A stretch of 9,287 bases of DNA, from positions 1 to 9,287 of the forward strand of contig BBVC01000114.1 in NCBI GenBank assembly GCA_001192655.1. The letters run 5' to 3'. Within the stretch, counting starts at the first letter, position 1, and each line of letters begins with the position of its first letter. This document shows positions 6,297 to 9,287 of this stretch, piece after piece. The position numbers were made by a program, and so were the translations under genes. Source of the stretch: Caedimonas varicaedens. Its GTDB lineage: Bacteria > Pseudomonadota > Alphaproteobacteria > Caedimonadales > Caedimonadaceae. The notes under the pieces are model-generated. The model did not search any database. It was not told the origin of the DNA and worked only from the letters and a program-made list of their open reading frames with translations.

Positions 6297-7529
6297 ATGA
6301 GTTCAGTCAAACGTTTTTTGCCTTGGGTAGTTTGGTTTTTAGCGACATTTTTTTATATTTTTCAATATGTCTTGCGTGTTTCTCCCAGTATTATGATGCA
6401 AGGCATCCTTGAGAAATATCATCTGCATGCGTACCAGTTTGGTGCTTTCTCAGGAGCCTATTACCTGGGATATGCTGTGATGCATATTCCCATCGGGTTA
6501 TTGCTTGATCGCATAGGTCCAAAAAAAGTTATTTCTCTTAGTATCCTGATCAGTATCCTTGGGTTGCTTCCTTTAATTATAGGAGATTGTTGGAATTGCG
6601 CTATTTTAGGACGATTTTTAGTGGGGGCTGGCTCATCGGGCGCTATTTTGGGAGTTTTTAATGTTATCCGACTTTATTTTCCTGAAAGGTGGTTTTCGAG
6701 GCTTTTAGGTGTTTCTGTCACTTTTGGACTCGTGGGTGCTATTTATGGGGGAAGGCCTGTTCATGATCTTATTGAAGTAACGTCCTGGGAACAGGTTTTA
6801 GAGTATTTTGTCATTGCAGGCGTCATTCTTGCGTCTCTTATCTTCGTATTGGTGCCAAAAATAGACAGCCATCTCGTAAATCACGGATCTGTGAAGAAAG
6901 AGCTCAAGGAAGTTCTCACCAATAAAAAAGTAATTTTGACGGCACTTTTTGGTGCATTGATGGTGGGAGCTTTGGAAGGTTTCGCCGATGTGTGGTCTGT
7001 GAGTTTTTTCGAGGTCGTCTATGGAATAGAACGCTCAAGCGCAGCTTTTTTACCGTCTCTAATTTACCTGGGCATGGGTGCGGGCGCCCTGGGACTTCCC
7101 GTTATTGCCGAGAAATTTAAAATCTATCATCAGCTTATTTTAGTATCTGCCGTAGGGATGGGGGGGCTTTTCCTGCTGGTAATATTTGCGAAATTTGACA
7201 TGAGAGTTTTACAATTTTCCATGTTTTGTTTAGGAATATTTTCAGCCTATCAGATCCTTGTCATCTATTTGAATATCCTGAATGCTCCCTCCAAGTATGC
7301 TAATCTTGTGACAGCCATCACAAATATGATCATTATGGCTTTTGGGTACGTATTTCATAGTGTTATTGGTACTGTGATGACGTGCGTATGGGATGGCACA
7401 ATGAAAGGGTGTGTACCAGTTTACAAAAGCGATGCCTATGTCTATGGATTATTAGTTATTCCGGTGACTCTTTTAATAGCTTTTATAGGGTTTGTGAAGT
7501 TGGGTTATCTTAAAGCTCGAACGAAATAA
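6297..7529 (+). CDS. Major facilitator superfamily (MFS) transporter, substrate unknown
   Basis: 410-aa, highly hydrophobic ORF with roughly 12 predicted hydrophobic spans. MFS motif A between TM2 and TM3 is present (GLLLDRIGPKKV). The N-terminal pattern W..F..Y..R resembles the anion:cation symporter / organophosphate antiporter-like branches; that assignment is inference only. The RBS gagg lies 5 nt upstream of the ATG. Confidence 0.9.
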   Translation: MSSVKRFLPWVVWFLATFFYIFQYVLRVSPSIMMQGILEKYHLHAYQFGAFSGAYYLGYAVMHIPIGLLLDRIGPKKVISLSILISILGLLPLIIGDCWNCAILGRFLVGAGSSGAILGVFNVIRLYFPERWFSRLLGVSVTFGLVGAIYGGRPVHDLIEVTSWEQVLEYFVIAGVILASLIFVLVPKIDSHLVNHGSVKKELKEVLTNKKVILTALFGALMVGALEGFADVWSVSFFEVVYGIERSSAAFLPSLIYLGMGAGALGLPVIAEKFKIYHQLILVSAVGMGGLFLLVIFAKFDMRVLQFSMFCLGIFSAYQILVIYLNILNAPSKYANLVTAITNMIIMAFGYVFHSVIGTVMTCVWDGTMKGCVPVYKSDAYVYGLLVIPVTLLIAFIGFVKLGYLKARTK

Positions 7530-7540
7530 GAGAGTGACAC

Positions 7541-8500
7541 TTACATTTGGAATTTGTCAAAAGAGATAGCCAGGCGTTCAAAAGTTTTTTCCATATCGGC
7601 GGGAAGGGGAGCTATAAAAGTTTTTTCTTCCCCCGTTGGAAAAGTGACACATAGACTGTAAGCATGGAGATGAAGACGAGTTCTTTGTTGGAAAGGATGT
7701 GCCTTCTTTCCGCCATATTTGCCATCACCCAGAACGGGACAGTCTAAAGAAGCGCTGTGAACACGGATTTGATGAGTGCGTCCTGTCTGGGGATAAAACT
7801 CGATCCATGAGATCCCCTGGCTGTGGGCTTTCAGGTGATAGCGCGTGACAGCTTTTACACCATGAGTGGGGTCGATATTTATTTTCTCTCCAGAAGATGT
7901 GGGAAGTTTGGACAGAGGAAGGTCAACGATGCCTGTTGTTTTTTTTGGCTTTCCTACGACAAGTGCCCAGTAGGTTTTCTGAATTTTTCCTTGTTTGAAC
8001 TGTTCAGTGATCCATCTTGCATCACTGGCTGTTTTTGCCAGGATCAAGACTCCGCTTGTATCTTTATCCAAGCGATGCGTCAGTCTTAAATCCTGAGCCC
8101 AAGAAAAAGGAAACGCTCGTACAAGCTCATCCAGGGAGATTTTTGTCCCCGTTCCACCCTGAACAGCTAGTCCCGCGGGTTTGTTGAGGATGATAAGGTG
8201 GGAATCTTCATATAGAATAGCCTGTTGTATTTCCTGAATCCATTGCGGGTCTATAGCAGGTTTGATTATGACTTGACGATCTGTGGAAGGGCGGGGAGGG
8301 AGCCTTACTTCCTGACCTTCCTGGAGAATAGCATTGGCTTTAACGCGTTTTCCGTCAATTCTGATTTGCCCTGTGCGAATCAGTTTTTGTAGGCTACCAT
8401 AGCTTTCTTGAGGTAATTTATGCTTCAACCACCGCTCGAGCCGCATACCGCTGTCTGCCTCTGTAATTTTAATTTTTTGAAGAGGAATTGGGTTCATCAA
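7541..8500 (-). CDS. rluC: RluA-family 23S rRNA pseudouridine synthase (RluC/RluD-like) with N-terminal S4 RNA-binding domain
   Basis: The catalytic motif HRLDKDTSGVLILAK contains the conserved Asp. An S4-like N-terminus is present (RLERWLKHKL...LIRTGQIRIDGKRVK), as is the downstream motif GRTHQIRVH. The track start at 8500 is TTG; the adjacent ATG at 8495-8497 is the more likely start. The choice of rluC over rluD is tentative. Confidence 0.88.
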   Translation of the reverse strand: MMNPIPLQKIKITEADSGMRLERWLKHKLPQESYGSLQKLIRTGQIRIDGKRVKANAILQEGQEVRLPPRPSTDRQVIIKPAIDPQWIQEIQQAILYEDSHLIILNKPAGLAVQGGTGTKISLDELVRAFPFSWAQDLRLTHRLDKDTSGVLILAKTASDARWITEQFKQGKIQKTYWALVVGKPKKTTGIVDLPLSKLPTSSGEKINIDPTHGVKAVTRYHLKAHSQGISWIEFYPQTGRTHQIRVHSASLDCPVLGDGKYGGKKAHPFQQRTRLHLHAYSLCVTFPTGEEKTFIAPLPADMEKTFERLAISFDKFQM

Positions 8501-8504
8501 AAGC

Positions 8505-8714
8505 TCAGCGTGTATTGATTAATGCTTGATCAAGGCCAAAGATATATTCTCTTATCATATTTCCTTCCCTCTTGCCATCTAGATGTTTTTGCCATATAGT
8601 TAAGTTGTTGTATTTCAAATAGATATGTTGGCAAGGTAGGAAAGTGAAAATTATTAAACTGTGTTTATCTCTTGGTAGGTCATGGACTTGGCCATGAAAA
8701 TGGTCAAGAATCAT
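8505..8714 (-). CDS. Hypothetical 69-aa protein (may be non-coding leader or regulatory DNA instead)
   Basis: The ORF exactly fills the gap between the LysR gene and rluC. Its ATG overlaps the LysR stop codon (ATGA at 8711-8714). Its stop codon lies 7 nt before the rluC ATG. I recognise no motif, the region is AT-rich, and there is no Shine-Dalgarno sequence. Confidence 0.3.
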   Translation of the reverse strand: MILDHFHGQVHDLPRDKHSLIIFTFLPCQHIYLKYNNLTIWQKHLDGKREGNMIREYIFGLDQALINTR

Positions 8715-9287
8715 TTTTTAAAAGCTTCTTTTATATAGGTGCCAAAAATCTTGACTGTAATCAGGTTCCTAAGTGATTTTGGATAAACATAGCACATTTT
8801 GACAGGGGGTTCTTCTACTGTGGGTAGAACTCTTGTGAGGTTATACTTTTCAATTAATGAAGAGTCATGAGATAAAGCAATAACGCCCAGTCCTGCTTCA
8901 GCAACTTGAGCCAAACATTCTGCTGAACTCAGTACCATAAAAGGCTTTCTCACATTTCCTGGCGTCAATCCTACTGTTAAAATCCAGTGAGGATTTGTAG
9001 ACGTTCGAATGATAGCGTGAGATGGTTCAAAAACTATTAATTTATGGTTGTCTAAATCTTCAGCTTTTTCAAGGGCGCTCGCTTTTTCAAGGTATGTTTC
9101 ACTTGCAAATAATTGTACTTTTCTTTCGTGAAGGAAAACTTGTTCTAATTCGCTTGCTGTTGAATCATAAGGCCTGATAGCAACATCTGCGTCCCTTTTT
9201 GTTAAATCGAGATTTAGATCATCACACGCAACATGCAGGGTAATATAGCTAAAAACCTTTAAAATGGTTATATTATGGATAATTTTT
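8711..9287 (-). CDS. LysR-family transcriptional regulator, partial (N-terminal HTH lies beyond the window edge)
   Basis: I translated the region upstream of the track ORF by hand. The frame stays open from 9286 down to the stop codon at 8711. It reads ...KIIHNITILKVFSYITLHVACDDLNLDLTKRDADVAIRPYDSTASELEQVFLHERKVQLFASETYLEKASALEKAEDLDNHKLIVFEPSHAIIRTSTNPHWILTVGLTPGNVRKPFMVLSSAECLAQVAEAGLGVIALSHDSSLIEKYNLTRVLPTVEEPP...FKK. This is the typical LysR substrate-binding domain pattern (D.AI, AG.G...L). Confidence 0.85.
   Translation of the reverse strand, partial: KIIHNITILKVFSYITLHVACDDLNLDLTKRDADVAIRPYDSTASELEQVFLHERKVQLFASETYLEKASALEKAEDLDNHKLIVFEPSHAIIRTSTNPHWILTVGLTPGNVRKPFMVLSSAECLAQVAEAGLGVIALSHDSSLIEKYNLTRVLPTVEEPPVKMCYVYPKSLRNLITVKIFGTYIKEAFKK

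Noticed and set aside
7527-7543. Convergent MFS and rluC genes have stop codons only 11 nt apart, leaving no room for an intergenic terminator
   Set aside because: The observation is real, but tight convergent spacing is common in compact genomes. No hairpin or other signal is visible in the gap, so there is nothing specific to follow up.
1-9287. I looked for CRISPR arrays, toxin-antitoxin pairs, restriction-modification or other defence genes, insertion sequences and terminal inverted repeats
   Set aside because: None was found. There are no spaced direct-repeat arrays, no nuclease, methylase or ATPase-like unexplained ORFs, and every large ORF is accounted for by ordinary housekeeping, envelope or transport functions.

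Overview
Chromosomal DNA of modest GC content with AT-rich intergenic regions. It is most consistent with an alphaproteobacterium, judged from the S16 N-terminus [18 protein letters not shown] and the Ffh sequence; that taxon call is inference. The left third is housekeeping: an MBL-fold hydrolase, ffh, and rpsP carrying a long repeat-rich acidic C-terminal tail. The widely conserved rpsP-rimM-trmD-rplS order stops right after rpsP. In its place sits tRNA-Ser(GGA), whose 3' end abuts a decayed LysR-type regulator pseudogene. Next come a porin-like outer-membrane protein with an N-terminal coiled coil, tightly followed by a small lipoprotein gene. After these are an MFS transporter, a convergent RluC-type pseudouridine synthase, and a small unknown ORF. 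A second LysR paralogue, open throughout the part visible here, runs off the right edge. I see no transposase, integrase, CRISPR array, or recognisable toxin or defence gene, and no convincing novel multi-gene system. The most interesting unannotated signals are: (1) a 62-nt intergenic repeat downstream of both rpsP and the lipoprotein gene, the second copy sitting in a cluster of hairpins; (2) the LysR pseudogene/paralogue pair bracketing the porin-lipoprotein-MFS-rluC segment next to a tRNA; (3) the coiled-coil porin plus lipoprotein pair; (4) a 69-codon ORF that exactly fills the LysR-rluC gap. All homology statements come from motif recognition by eye, not from searches.
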